From positions 1 to 59,694 of the forward strand of contig CAXGZM010000001.1 in NCBI GenBank assembly GCA_964014165.1: 59,694 bases of DNA, in the 5' to 3' direction. Below are positions 42,001 through 50,574 of this stretch, piece by piece (position 1 is the stretch's first letter; every line of letters begins with the position of its first letter). This stretch comes from an uncultured euryarchaeote (GTDB lineage Archaea; Thermoplasmatota; Poseidoniia; Poseidoniales; Poseidoniaceae). Position numbers and translations under genes: made by a program. The notes below the pieces were generated by a model. The model made no database searches and was not told the DNA's origin. It was given only the letters and a program-made list of their open reading frames with translations.

Positions 42001-43128
42001 ACCCACGACTACCGAGGTACGCCGCTGACGGACGATGAACAGATGCTCGAACTGTTCCCTCAAGATTTCATCGTCGCCAAAGGCGCAGCGGATTTCCTTC
42101 TTCGAACGGCGAACTACATCGATGAACTGCTGGTTCGTTTTTACAACATGGAACCCTACTACAACGCTGACAAACCCGACGACTTGGTCGGCCACCTCAT
42201 CTGTGCGTTGGCCCCTCACACCAGCGGTGGCGTGTTGTCCCGAATCATCGGTTGGGCGGATTGCTCAGGCGGTTATGCTCACCCGCTGTTCCACGCAGCC
42301 AAACGTCGAAATTGCGACGGCGATGAGGACGCCATCATGCTGCTGATGGACGGCTTGCTGAATTTTAGCCGTGACATCCTTCCCGCCAACCGTGGCGGTC
42401 AAATGGATGCACCGCTCGTTCTCACGACACGACTGAACCCTACAGAAGTGGACAAAGAGGCTCTCAACGTGGATTCAGCGTGGTTCTACGAGCGCGATTT
42501 CTACGAGGCGACCTTGAGCCAACCCCACCCCAAGGACATCCAAGGCCGGATGGATTTCGTTGAACGCCGGCTTGGAAGCGTGGCGGCCGTTCGGGGATAC
42601 GGGTACACGCATGACTGCCACGCCATCGACCGGGGGCCTGCCCTCTCGGCCTACAAGACCCTCGAGACGATGATCGACAAGATGAACGGGCAGTTGGCCC
42701 TTGGTCACCGCCTCCGCGGCGTAAACGTGCGGCAGGTGGCATCAAGCGTTGTGCGCTCGCATTTCCTCCCTGACCTTCGCGGCAACCTCAACGCCTACGG
42801 TCGTCAGAAAGTTCGTTGCCTCAAATGCGGTCACTCCTATCGAAGAATGCCAATCTCTGGAAAGTGCATACAACCCAAGAAAGAGACCGGGAGAGGGTTG
42901 TCCCGAATGGGCGTTGCGAAATCGGAGGGCGGCCTGTGTAACGGCAATTTGGCTCTCACCGTATCCGAGGGGGCCGTCCGAAAATACATCGAAGTGATGC
43001 GGTTTGTCATGGATCACTACGGCGTGGATTTGTACACGCGACAAAACGCAGAATGGTTGGCCTCAAGCGCTGATTCGCTGTTTAACAACGACCGTGCGAA
43101 GCAGCTTTCGCTCTCCGATTTCTTGTGA
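39010..43128 (+). CDS. polC: DNA polymerase II (PolD) large subunit DP2
   Basis: 1372 aa. N-terminal Y..WLDERADDAYRVAEQARQQGLD...VEIPRASDLAGRTE. The C-terminal Zn modules (CTVCGKES..LRCHH, KCLKCGHSYRRMPISGKC) and KRRNCDGDEDA are typical of DP2. Confidence 0.9.
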   Translation: MNSSRATMSETDQGVSLGAKNPLIGVDVERLEQEMHTYHQWLDERADDAYRVAEQARQQGLDHKDRVEIPRASDLAGRTEKLLIEHLEGYEVADDIRNLLNEHDRETTSIIIAQSVARGFRDTGYDLEKSIDVGLRVGLAVLTEAVLVAPLEGISEVRLLNNIDGSQFVSVHFAGPIRAAGGTAQALAVLIADMIRRELNIGHYQPTDPEVERVKEEFGLYRGNLQYRPSPQEIDEIVRACPVMINGESTERIECAGYGNVRNIDEARIRGGVLLVIGEGMCLKAPKIQKHTERLSVPGWDFVAQFAARGKEVDDPGKATFKSQQIQPITKFMKDIIAGRPVFGAPLQPGGFRLRYGRARPSGLAAASTNTASMLALDDFITIGTQMKIERPGKACAITPCDEAEGPWVVLEDGRFLRVDEPSAYAGLRHRVKQVWDNGELVIGYGEFMENNKRLVPAGYTMDWWASDMLENLLGEEEINAFLDVLGETRSDWPSGIPGLPPAEAEDGRTQFWVRCDWHERLRRCDLTWSQAQRFARRFATSLPPPHNPWFKDLPIEWLPAFLTQIELAVIETQSADEHAPNGARPPPGERRLRMPGGARDWTAAMMDELEPETLPSLDTVQLPGPHGEPEAPIMSSALPEGWTLHQHGLVKGAMMLLGLPHHHEGDDLVVSAGWEALLEGLGFSFEGDRPLRTKNAQHVAAERIHALRQAKEVLDEERARKGVLEKERATVRIAAETGARQRGLGIAETDQVGRDAAASVPDEGPRDPAAYLAAQRLEDEHAVEGIMVLVRSLSDLRWEHSAPVRVGCRMGRPEKAAPRVMNPMTHSLFPIELNGGNQRLLNNAIDKRTIRVQLGRRTCTVCGKESPYLRCHHRAVDDHGESKAGETCGGLTTANPSKSNAYRRGEVQSVRMDEMVEDARIRLGIDRLPAQVKCVKKLNSRDQTPEAIEKGILRAKHELPVFRDGTVRYDMSDVPTTHFTPREVGVPWKTLHGLGYTHDYRGTPLTDDEQMLELFPQDFIVAKGAADFLLRTANYIDELLVRFYNMEPYYNADKPDDLVGHLICALAPHTSGGVLSRIIGWADCSGGYAHPLFHAAKRRNCDGDEDAIMLLMDGLLNFSRDILPANRGGQMDAPLVLTTRLNPTEVDKEALNVDSAWFYERDFYEATLSQPHPKDIQGRMDFVERRLGSVAAVRGYGYTHDCHAIDRGPALSAYKTLETMIDKMNGQLALGHRLRGVNVRQVASSVVRSHFLPDLRGNLNAYGRQKVRCLKCGHSYRRMPISGKCIQPKKETGRGLSRMGVAKSEGGLCNGNLALTVSEGAVRKYIEVMRFVMDHYGVDLYTRQNAEWLASSADSLFNNDRAKQLSLSDFL

Positions 43129-43749
43129 TCAGCGCAAGGGTTCTCTCCACGGGGAATCTGCCTCTTCCCACCTCAGAGCATCTTCATCTTCGGTGTATCC
43201 AACGGCCTTGAAGGGTGATGTTTCGGTTGGTACCGTGGGTTTGGAGGCTGCGCGTCGACTCAACAGGAAACGCACACCCTGTTCGCCCCACGCCAAAAGA
43301 ATCAGCAACGCAGAGAGGACGACATGACCGAGGGTCTGAACAGCCGCAAGGGGCGTCAGATCAAGCTGTTGTTGAACCAGGACGCCATCTTCGATGATCG
43401 TTTCGACCGTGTAGGTGCCCGGTTCAAGTTCGCCGTTCCAAACGGGCACCTGGTCGGTGAGTTGTCCCGCCCACGCGTGAATCAGGGTTTCGTTCTCGAG
43501 TTTGATGGAATAGCTGACGTTCGCCTCGTCCAGGGAGTTGCTGGAAAAGACGGCTTCGAACGATGCCGGAATGGGCGCTGAAGAGCCAAAAACTGGCGAG
43601 ATGTCGACCTCTCGATAGGTTTGGAACTTGTCTTCCGCGTTGATTTCGTTGGGTGCAGATTGCCCTGCAACGTTCAGCCAAAGTGCGTTGATGAGCAGGA
43701 CAGCCACCGTCCAGAGGAGTACGGTTTGCCACGACCATGCTCGCTCCAT
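43129..43749 (-). CDS. hypothetical bitopic membrane protein with one Ig-like domain related to the repeats of 24110-26662
   Basis: N-terminal TM TVLLWTVAVLLINALWL, ectodomain with GELEPGTYTVETII, C-terminal TM VVLSALLILLAW. Confidence 0.4.
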   Translation of the reverse strand: MERAWSWQTVLLWTVAVLLINALWLNVAGQSAPNEINAEDKFQTYREVDISPVFGSSAPIPASFEAVFSSNSLDEANVSYSIKLENETLIHAWAGQLTDQVPVWNGELEPGTYTVETIIEDGVLVQQQLDLTPLAAVQTLGHVVLSALLILLAWGEQGVRFLLSRRAASKPTVPTETSPFKAVGYTEDEDALRWEEADSPWREPLR

Positions 43750-43803
43750 GGCCTTGTGGTGATGGGTTTCCTCTTAGGCTTATGTTCTTGTTACGCACGG
43801 GAT

Positions 43804-44538
43804 TCATGACCGGTTTCGCCGGGTCCAATGCGGGTCAAGGAGGTCCAAAACGCGCGCCATCCACGTGAGTTTTGCGAGTTTCCGTTCGGGGTTGGTGGTG
43901 CCGGACCACGGCCCCACCTTGTCGGTGGAGTAGCCCAAAAACGAAACGCGTTCGTGAGGAATGCCCAAGGCCAGCAGGAAACATGCCGCTCGATCGCCGT
44001 CTGTGAACCCGCCGACATTGAACGCATCATCGTACACGTCATCGCACTGGTGCGTGAGGACCAAAGGGACACCACCGGAGGCCGACCATCGTTGAAGGCA
44101 AGTTTGCCAGGTTGCAGTGTTGTCGCCGTGAGCGTGGACGACCAGCGGAACGTTGCTCTCAACCGCCTTCGACAGGTGCGGCTCACCGTCGAGGTCGGTT
44201 ACCACACAGACAACGTCAACACGACCAAGACACGCTCCCACGGCTCCATCAGCGGCCACGAACACGGTCCCCTCTTCCCAGGGCTGTTCGATGTCATTCT
44301 CGGTGACACCGGCGCCGACGAGAACGATGTGTCGTGCTTGCATCAACGCGTCATGGATGCGTTCCAGCGTTTGTGCACGAGCTGCAGGCGTCCAACCGGA
44401 GGCCTCAGCCCGCGGGTGTTTATTGCAGGCCAAGCGCAGCATCGATGCACTCTGCTGGTCGGCTTGGTAGCTCCACCCAAAGTGGGCTCGCACGTCGTGC
44501 TGGAGCGCCACCAACGGTGTGGGAGCAACCAGCCTCAT
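43804..44538 (-). CDS. MptE-like 6-hydroxymethyl-7,8-dihydropterin pyrophosphokinase family protein (DUF115)
   Basis: VLVGAGVT, VAADGA, VVTDLDG, VHAHGDN, GGFTDGDRA. The start is uncertain: ATG 44538 gives 244 aa, while track start 44628 would overlap priL. Confidence 0.55.
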   Translation of the reverse strand: MRLVAPTPLVALQHDVRAHFGWSYQADQQSASMLRLACNKHPRAEASGWTPAARAQTLERIHDALMQARHIVLVGAGVTENDIEQPWEEGTVFVAADGAVGACLGRVDVVCVVTDLDGEPHLSKAVESNVPLVVHAHGDNTATWQTCLQRWSASGGVPLVLTHQCDDVYDDAFNVGGFTDGDRAACFLLALGIPHERVSFLGYSTDKVGPWSGTTNPERKLAKLTWMARVLDLLDPHWTRRNRS

Positions 44539-44586
44539 GAACCGACTGGAGCGGCTGCAGGTCAAGAACTCCACCCAATGTGGAAC

Positions 44587-44594
44587 TTCATAAT
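44587..44594 (+). promoter_or_regulatory. TATA-like element upstream of priL
   Basis: TTCATAAT centred ~26 nt upstream of ATG 44616. Confidence 0.3.
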
Positions 44595-44615
44595 CCGTGG
44601 CTCCTTCGTACCTCC

Positions 44616-45830
44616 ATGCCCGTCCCATCCTCTCCGCCTTCCATCGCGGACGAGGTCACGCTTGCTCGCTATCCGTTCCTGCCTCAGGCAGCGGACTGGA
44701 TCCGTAACATGGCGGTTCGACACAGCATCGACCTGAACGAACTGCTCGAAGGAACGTGGATGGAACAGGCGCGTCAGCGGGCACGCATCCGCCTCATTGA
44801 CTCGGTACAATCCAAGGAGGGGGTACAGGTCGTTGGCGGCGACATTCACACCGAAGAAGGGCGCCTCATCGAGGCCTTCTCGTTCTACTACGCGCGACTG
44901 GTGATGTGCGCGAGTGAGGACGAGCGTCTCATTGCACGCTGGGCCCAAGCTGAGGCTGCAAGAGCAGAGCAGCTGCTGATTCAAGATGCCACCAACCTAC
45001 CGGCGGTGGCCAACACGTACCTTTCGCAAGTGGAATCCGTGAGCGGGCTCCCCTCTTCCTCGCCGGCCGTGTCGGGCATGTCCATGCATCAACTTCGACA
45101 GTCGCCATCGCAGGAGTGGCGCGTTGGCCTGGCTGACTTTATCGAGGTCTGCCCGAAGATCACCGGAAATCGATGGCGTCTGCCAAACGTGGACGTTGAG
45201 CACGGCTGGGTAAAACTCCACAACGAGCGCCAATATGCGTCCTCTGCAAAACTCGCAAGGTTACTTCGTGAGCGAATCAAAGCTGGCATTGAAGCGGAGG
45301 CACTCGAAAAGATGGCGGAGGTCACCACCGACCTCGCCGTCCGTCTTGCAGAACCGGTGGGCATGGTTCGGAACCTCATGGCCAACAAAGCCAGTGAGGC
45401 CATCGCTCTGGTCGGCGCAGAAGAGAGTGACTGGCCTCCTTGCATGCAGAAAATCATTGCCGACCTCGCCGGCGGCGTGAACGTCAATCACTTTGGACGG
45501 CTGTTTTTGGCGTCCATGTCGGCCACGCTCGCTCTGCCACAGGAGTCCTGCGTGGGCTTCTTCCGGGGCGCGCCGGATTTCAGTGAAGCGACCACGTCGT
45601 ACCAGGTTCAACACGTCTATCAGCACGAATACACGCCGGCAGGGTGCGGGAAACTCAAGGTGAACCACAACTGTCCCGTGTTGCCGGGGGACAACAGAAC
45701 GTGCGATCAATCGTGGATGGACCACCCTCTGAAGTACATCCGCGCAACACAACGCTGGAAACGCTTGACGGAACGACCCGCTCCGAGCGAAGCACCTGCA
45801 GGCGACAACAACACCAATTCCGAAGGTTGA
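44616..45830 (+). CDS. priL: DNA primase large subunit PriL
   Basis: ARYPFLPQAADWI, WPPCMQKIIADL, NHFGRLFLASM, PDFSEATTSYQVQHVY..YTPAGC..NHNCPV (Fe-S Cys ligands), HPLKY. Confidence 0.8.
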   Translation: MPVPSSPPSIADEVTLARYPFLPQAADWIRNMAVRHSIDLNELLEGTWMEQARQRARIRLIDSVQSKEGVQVVGGDIHTEEGRLIEAFSFYYARLVMCASEDERLIARWAQAEAARAEQLLIQDATNLPAVANTYLSQVESVSGLPSSSPAVSGMSMHQLRQSPSQEWRVGLADFIEVCPKITGNRWRLPNVDVEHGWVKLHNERQYASSAKLARLLRERIKAGIEAEALEKMAEVTTDLAVRLAEPVGMVRNLMANKASEAIALVGAEESDWPPCMQKIIADLAGGVNVNHFGRLFLASMSATLALPQESCVGFFRGAPDFSEATTSYQVQHVYQHEYTPAGCGKLKVNHNCPVLPGDNRTCDQSWMDHPLKYIRATQRWKRLTERPAPSEAPAGDNNTNSEG

Positions 45831-45879
45831 TTCCCACTGGAGGGGTGTTCTTGAAATCAAATGATGAGGAGGTTGAGCC

Positions 45880-47478
45880 ATGGAGCGAGGTGCAGGGTCC
45901 CGTGCAGCACCCTCCAAACCTCCCGTGTCGTACAGAATTGTTCGGCGGTTCTACCGTTTTCTCACCGGTGTGTGGTTCCGTGAGGTCAACGTCGTGGATG
46001 ACGAGCATCTCCCTCCAGAAGGTGGGCGTTTGTACATCACATGGCACCCCAGCGGATTGATCGACCCGATGCTGATGACCGCTGTGCTTCCGGGCCAACT
46101 CATCACCGTTGCCAAACACACCTTGTTCCGGGTCCCCTTGCTTGGTCGCTTGCTGAGTTTCTCAGGCGTGGTTCCCGTTGAGCGTGCCAACGACACCAAC
46201 GACCCCGAAGGTGCGCGCCAGCGAAATGCAAGCCGCCTTGCGACCCTTGCGTCCAACCTGGCTCAAGGAAAGGACGTGTTGATTTTCCCTGAGGGCTCAA
46301 CGCACAGCGGTTCCGATGTTCGTCGCGTTCGGTCCGGGGCGGCACGAATCCTGCTGGCAGCTGTTCGAGAAGCCGACTCGGCGGGACACCCTCGTCCCAG
46401 CGTTATTCCGGTTGGCCTCCACTATTCCGAAACCCAACGTTTTCGGGAGCGAGCGGCCGTCGTTATCGAGCGAACGATGCCGTTTCCCGCTCCCCCCGTG
46501 CTTGGTGATGACCTCGCTGAGCAGGACCGCCTCGACCGCATGTGGGTGGATGAGGTCACCGCCTTGTTCGCAGCTGAGCTCCAACGGGTGAATCACGCCA
46601 AAACATCCTGGGCCGAGCGGACCTTGATCTGGCGAGGCCGAAGCTTGGTTTACGCCGAAAAACAACGACTCGCGGGGGACGATCTCACCAAACCGTCGTT
46701 TTCTGCCTCGGTGATGGCCGCACGCCGGCTGCGGGCCGGTTGGGAATTCATGGCAGAACATCGACCGGAGGAAACGCATCGTTTAGCCGAGCGGTGCCGC
46801 CATCACTTTGCAGAATTGGAGGATCGCGGCATCACGCCGTACGACGTGGATGCTCGTCCTGAGCGCCTGTCTCCCGTGGCGTACACGAAATTCTTCCTCC
46901 AGTGGCTTTGGGCGTTTTCGTGGATGTTTGGACTGGTCACATGGAGCGCCATTGCGGGGAATTTTGCGCCCTACAAAGTCAACGGATGGTTTAGCAAGAG
47001 CATGAAACGGCGCGCTGTCGATTCTTCCGCCATCGGGAGCATGAAGGTGCTTTCCGCCATCGTTTTCTTCCCCGTTTGGTGGGTGGTTTCTTCGGCGTTC
47101 ATCACGTGGTCCCTGCTCAGTGCCGCCAGCCCGCTCAATGCCCTGCTTCTCTCGCACTGGCTGCTCCTCAGCATCACGAAACTGCCTGCCATCGGCGTCT
47201 TCCTGGTGTTCATGCTGTGGTGGCCAATTTCAGCGAGGTTGCATCTCAAACTGTACGCACGCTTGGTCGTCGCTGCTCAAAATTTGAAACGCTGGAGCCG
47301 ATGGAAGGACGACTCCAAGGATTGGGCAGCGCTGGTCAGTGAGCAGCGTCAACTGTCGGCTGAACTGGTGAATCTCGGGACCGAACTGGTCCTCCCTGGC
47401 GACCCGGATTGGAACGACCCGCTCCCTGGCCGTGATGACGCCGATGCCGTTCGCTTCCGCTCCGTGCAAGCCGTTTGA
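45880..47478 (+). CDS. PlsC-superfamily (lysophospholipid/glycerol-phosphate) acyltransferase with C-terminal multi-TM domain
   Basis: YITWHPSGLIDPM (HX4-5D-like motif I), VLIFPEGSTHSG (motif III), VIPVGLHY (motif IV). The C-terminal ~200 aa contain 4-5 hydrophobic helices. GAGGAGG lies 9 nt upstream. Confidence 0.6.
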   Translation: MERGAGSRAAPSKPPVSYRIVRRFYRFLTGVWFREVNVVDDEHLPPEGGRLYITWHPSGLIDPMLMTAVLPGQLITVAKHTLFRVPLLGRLLSFSGVVPVERANDTNDPEGARQRNASRLATLASNLAQGKDVLIFPEGSTHSGSDVRRVRSGAARILLAAVREADSAGHPRPSVIPVGLHYSETQRFRERAAVVIERTMPFPAPPVLGDDLAEQDRLDRMWVDEVTALFAAELQRVNHAKTSWAERTLIWRGRSLVYAEKQRLAGDDLTKPSFSASVMAARRLRAGWEFMAEHRPEETHRLAERCRHHFAELEDRGITPYDVDARPERLSPVAYTKFFLQWLWAFSWMFGLVTWSAIAGNFAPYKVNGWFSKSMKRRAVDSSAIGSMKVLSAIVFFPVWWVVSSAFITWSLLSAASPLNALLLSHWLLLSITKLPAIGVFLVFMLWWPISARLHLKLYARLVVAAQNLKRWSRWKDDSKDWAALVSEQRQLSAELVNLGTELVLPGDPDWNDPLPGRDDADAVRFRSVQAV

Positions 47479-47495
47479 GGGCGATGCTCGGGGCG

Positions 47496-47501
47496 TTTTT
47501 T
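47496..47501 (+). terminator. oligo-T tract (T6) after the acyltransferase gene
   Basis: GGGGCGTTTTTTCAC lies 18 nt after stop 47478. Archaeal termination typically uses oligo-T. Confidence 0.3.
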
Positions 47502-47556
47502 CACAAGGTTTGAATGAAAGGACCGCGGTGGAGTTACCAAACGGGGGTGCACACGA

Positions 47557-48678
47557 ATGACGAGAACGTTGGTCATCACGGTTGACCGAGACAACGATCT
47601 TGGGTTGAAAACCTCCATTCGCGGCCCCGTCGTCGGCCGTCGAAACGTTCTGACAGCGGCGCTTAAACTTGGCATCGCCGATCCCGAGGAAAGTGACACC
47701 AACGCCATCCTTGGGGCCCTTTCCGTCAACGACAAACTCGTGGACGCCAAGACCGAGGAAGACGAGATCGAGGTTGCGATTCTGACCGGTGATGAAAAGG
47801 TCGGGGTTCGCTCCGACCGTGCCATCGCTGCACAACTCGACGAAGTGGTATCGGCGTTCCAACCCGACCAGGCGATTCTGGTCACCGACGGTGCCGAGGA
47901 CGAGAGCGTTCTTCCCATCATCACCTCGCAGGTTCGCATCGACCATGTTGAGAAAATTATCGTGCGACAGTCGAAGGGCATTGAAGGCACCTATTACTAC
48001 ATCGTCAAGGCGCTTGAGGATCCCAAGTGGCGCTCGCGCTTCATGATCCCGTTGGGAGCCATCTTGGCCATCTTCGGTTTGGGCATCATGCTCCCGAATG
48101 AAATCGGTGGTGTGGTGATCGGTGCTTTGCCGCTCGTGCTCGGTTTGTACATCTTCAGCAAAGGTGCTGGCATTGAATCAACGGTCAACCGTGTCATTCA
48201 GGAAATGCGAGAAAACGCTGACGCGGCCATGTTTTCTTCGCTGTTGTGGACGGCTACCCTCTTCAGCGCCATCTTTGCCGTCGCAGAAGGGTGGCGCGCA
48301 TTCGGACTGGCAGAAGGAACGGCCGACTCTCAATCGGTGTTGTGGCTCAGCGTGATCCACTCGTCGCTGGCGTGGACCGTGATTGCGTTCTTGACCTCGA
48401 CGGCCGGGTTCATGCTTTTGCGCCTCAAGCGAGGCTCGTTCTCTGGCAGTCTTATCGTCCTGAGCGTGTTCGGTATGGTGGTCTATTCCTTCCTCAACGC
48501 TGCACTTGACATCGCCATTCGGGTGCTCAGCGGGACGTCTTACGAATTCAGCGTTGAGATGATTCTCGACGATTTGACGACGCCCATCATCTGGGTGGTC
48601 GTGTTGTGGATGGTCACCACCGTGGTTCGCACCTTGCAGACCCGCCAAGCCCAAGCCGAGCGCTACTGGGGCATCTGA
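47557..48678 (+). CDS. DUF373-family archaeal integral membrane protein
   Basis: The N-terminal soluble domain LVITVDRDNDLG.K...GPVVGR..N..AALKLGIADPEESDTNA is followed by ~6 TM helices, as I recall for DUF373. Confidence 0.5.
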   Translation: MTRTLVITVDRDNDLGLKTSIRGPVVGRRNVLTAALKLGIADPEESDTNAILGALSVNDKLVDAKTEEDEIEVAILTGDEKVGVRSDRAIAAQLDEVVSAFQPDQAILVTDGAEDESVLPIITSQVRIDHVEKIIVRQSKGIEGTYYYIVKALEDPKWRSRFMIPLGAILAIFGLGIMLPNEIGGVVIGALPLVLGLYIFSKGAGIESTVNRVIQEMRENADAAMFSSLLWTATLFSAIFAVAEGWRAFGLAEGTADSQSVLWLSVIHSSLAWTVIAFLTSTAGFMLLRLKRGSFSGSLIVLSVFGMVVYSFLNAALDIAIRVLSGTSYEFSVEMILDDLTTPIIWVVVLWMVTTVVRTLQTRQAQAERYWGI

Positions 48679-49143
48679 TCAGAGCAAGAACCTCGGCAAG
48701 ACCTTCGCTACCGTGTTGTGGCCAACCACGCCAATGAGCGTACCTTCGTCATCGACCACGCCGATTTGATTGAAATCGTGGGTCAACATCAAGGCACCCG
48801 CCTTCAGCAGCGGTGTGCTCGCTCGTACGGTCAGTGGCGGGTGCGTCAACACCTGTTGCGCCGGAATGGAATGCATCCAAGCGATATCACGATTCACGGT
48901 TTTCTTCGCCACCATCTTCAGCAGGTCAACCGCATGAATGCGACCCATGGGCGCCCCGTCGTCATCGACGATGAAAATGTGGTCCCACTCGTGCTTGGTC
49001 AGCACGTCGAGCACGGTCGCCATTGAGTCGCTTGCGAGAAGGGCGTGGGCGTGTTGCATGACGTCACCGCACATCACGCTGCGCACGCCCTTACGGGAAG
49101 CGGGCGTTTTGTTCGCCTTACGAGAAAAGGGTCGAGATGCCAT
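48679..49143 (-). CDS. CBS-pair domain protein
   Basis: Two CBS motifs: HIFIVDDDGAPMGRIHAVDLL and QIGVVDDEGTLIGVVGHNTV. Confidence 0.75.
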   Translation of the reverse strand: MASRPFSRKANKTPASRKGVRSVMCGDVMQHAHALLASDSMATVLDVLTKHEWDHIFIVDDDGAPMGRIHAVDLLKMVAKKTVNRDIAWMHSIPAQQVLTHPPLTVRASTPLLKAGALMLTHDFNQIGVVDDEGTLIGVVGHNTVAKVLPRFLL

Positions 49144-49288
49144 GGTGTTTCAAGCGCCCCCGTCAGACGACCTCTTTTGAACCCTTCCGAAAAACCCCCT
49201 CTGGTTTCATGAATCCGGAAAATAAAACCGGTCCAGGCCGATGCTTTGACCCTCAAGGAATAAAACGCAGTGGGGATGACAAGTGTCC

Positions 49289-49720
49289 ATGCCACCGGTT
49301 CCTGAACACGAACTGGCCGCCGTCAAAGGCATGACGGGTTACGACCAGATGCTGGAAATCGATCGGTTGTGCAAAGCGTACGGGGTCGACCAAGCGACGC
49401 TGCAAGCTGCCATCGCCAGCGCAGAACCCGCCGCTTCGGGACCCCCGGGTACGCCCCAACCGCCATCGGCTGCTTGGGACACCACTCACAAGGACGTGCC
49501 CGGCTTTGAACAAGCCACCTCACCGACGGTGCCGAAGTTCGTTGACAAACAGCAACTCCATTTTGAGTACGACCCTTCCCGGGAAGCTGCTCAGCGCCGG
49601 GAACAAGTCAAGCAAGCCATTCTCTGCCCGGCATGCGGTGTTGCCTTGGGCATCCCGGACATACGCCCCATCAAAGTCACCTGCCCGGCATGCATGTTCG
49701 AAACCACCTACACGCACTGA
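49289..49720 (+). CDS. hypothetical protein with C-terminal CxxC...CxxC zinc ribbon
   Basis: CPACGVALGIPDIRPIKVTCPACMFET. Pro/Ala-rich linker. ATG 49289 (track GTG 49283). Confidence 0.35.
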   Translation: MPPVPEHELAAVKGMTGYDQMLEIDRLCKAYGVDQATLQAAIASAEPAASGPPGTPQPPSAAWDTTHKDVPGFEQATSPTVPKFVDKQQLHFEYDPSREAAQRREQVKQAILCPACGVALGIPDIRPIKVTCPACMFETTYTH

Positions 49721-49731
49721 AAGCGAGGTTC

Positions 49732-50574
49732 ATGTACGGGCCTCGAGCAGCGGCGTGTATGCACGAGGGCTCCCCGCGACAATGGCCGTACGCCTCAAAC
49801 AACTCACCTCTCCCACTGCCGGAACACCCAGTTCTCTTTACGAAAGAGGCGGTGATTCGCCTCAGCAAGTTCACCGGATCGATGACGCAGGAACCTCTCT
49901 CCGGCGAGACACTGGCCGCTTACGTGGGTGCTTACGGCACGGAAGATGCTACGCTGGACGAGTTGCTCAACCAAGCAAATGCTCCGCTTCTGAGCGATCG
50001 ACGCCCCATCCTGCTTCAGGGCGAACTTGCCAACCCCTACCGCCTCCAGGAGATGCGCATGGGCCCCCTGCCACTCCTTCCCGTTCGCCTGGAAGGCATC
50101 TGCAGAACATGGGCAGACGGGTTGGACCCGCGCGACGCTTACCCCGGAATCCACCACGTCACGCTGGCCAGAACACCCGGTTGGTGGGAGGTTAGCCACG
50201 TCGGTATGGCCTCCAGAGAGCAACTCAAGCTGATCCGTGACTGGCTTGACAACGGCGTCCGATCAACGTGGCGCCCGGTCAAGTTGGGAGAGGGCACGAT
50301 CCGGTTTGAGCACGACGCCATGCTCCAACCACCCACAGCCTCGGACGTGGAATGGGACGGCAGCACCGAACGTGTTTCCATTCCGCCGCCTGAACCGACC
50401 GGCCCACCGATTTCCTTGGAGGAACTGCTGGTGGTCGTTCACACCCGCCAAGGCTGCTACAATCATCGAGGACGGCTCTCACGCTGCGTTCACATGCACC
50501 AGCGGGCGTTCCACGAAGGCCTGTTTCGCAAAGGTTCGTCCCATCGCTGGGATGACATCCTCACGCTTCGATGA
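49732..50574 (+). CDS. hypothetical protein
   Basis: ATG 49732 has GAGG 4 nt upstream, directly after the Zn-ribbon gene. The longer track ORF (49633) overlaps that gene. No recognisable motif. Confidence 0.3.
   Translation: MYGPRAAACMHEGSPRQWPYASNNSPLPLPEHPVLFTKEAVIRLSKFTGSMTQEPLSGETLAAYVGAYGTEDATLDELLNQANAPLLSDRRPILLQGELANPYRLQEMRMGPLPLLPVRLEGICRTWADGLDPRDAYPGIHHVTLARTPGWWEVSHVGMASREQLKLIRDWLDNGVRSTWRPVKLGEGTIRFEHDAMLQPPTASDVEWDGSTERVSIPPPEPTGPPISLEELLVVVHTRQGCYNHRGRLSRCVHMHQRAFHEGLFRKGSSHRWDDILTLR

Noticed and set aside
49506-50195. 229-aa ORF overlapping the Zn-ribbon gene and the following hypothetical gene
   Set aside because: The translation is extremely Arg/Pro/Ser/Gly-rich. It lacks a ribosome-binding site. 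It overlaps two frames that have cleaner composition and their own SD-ATG signals.
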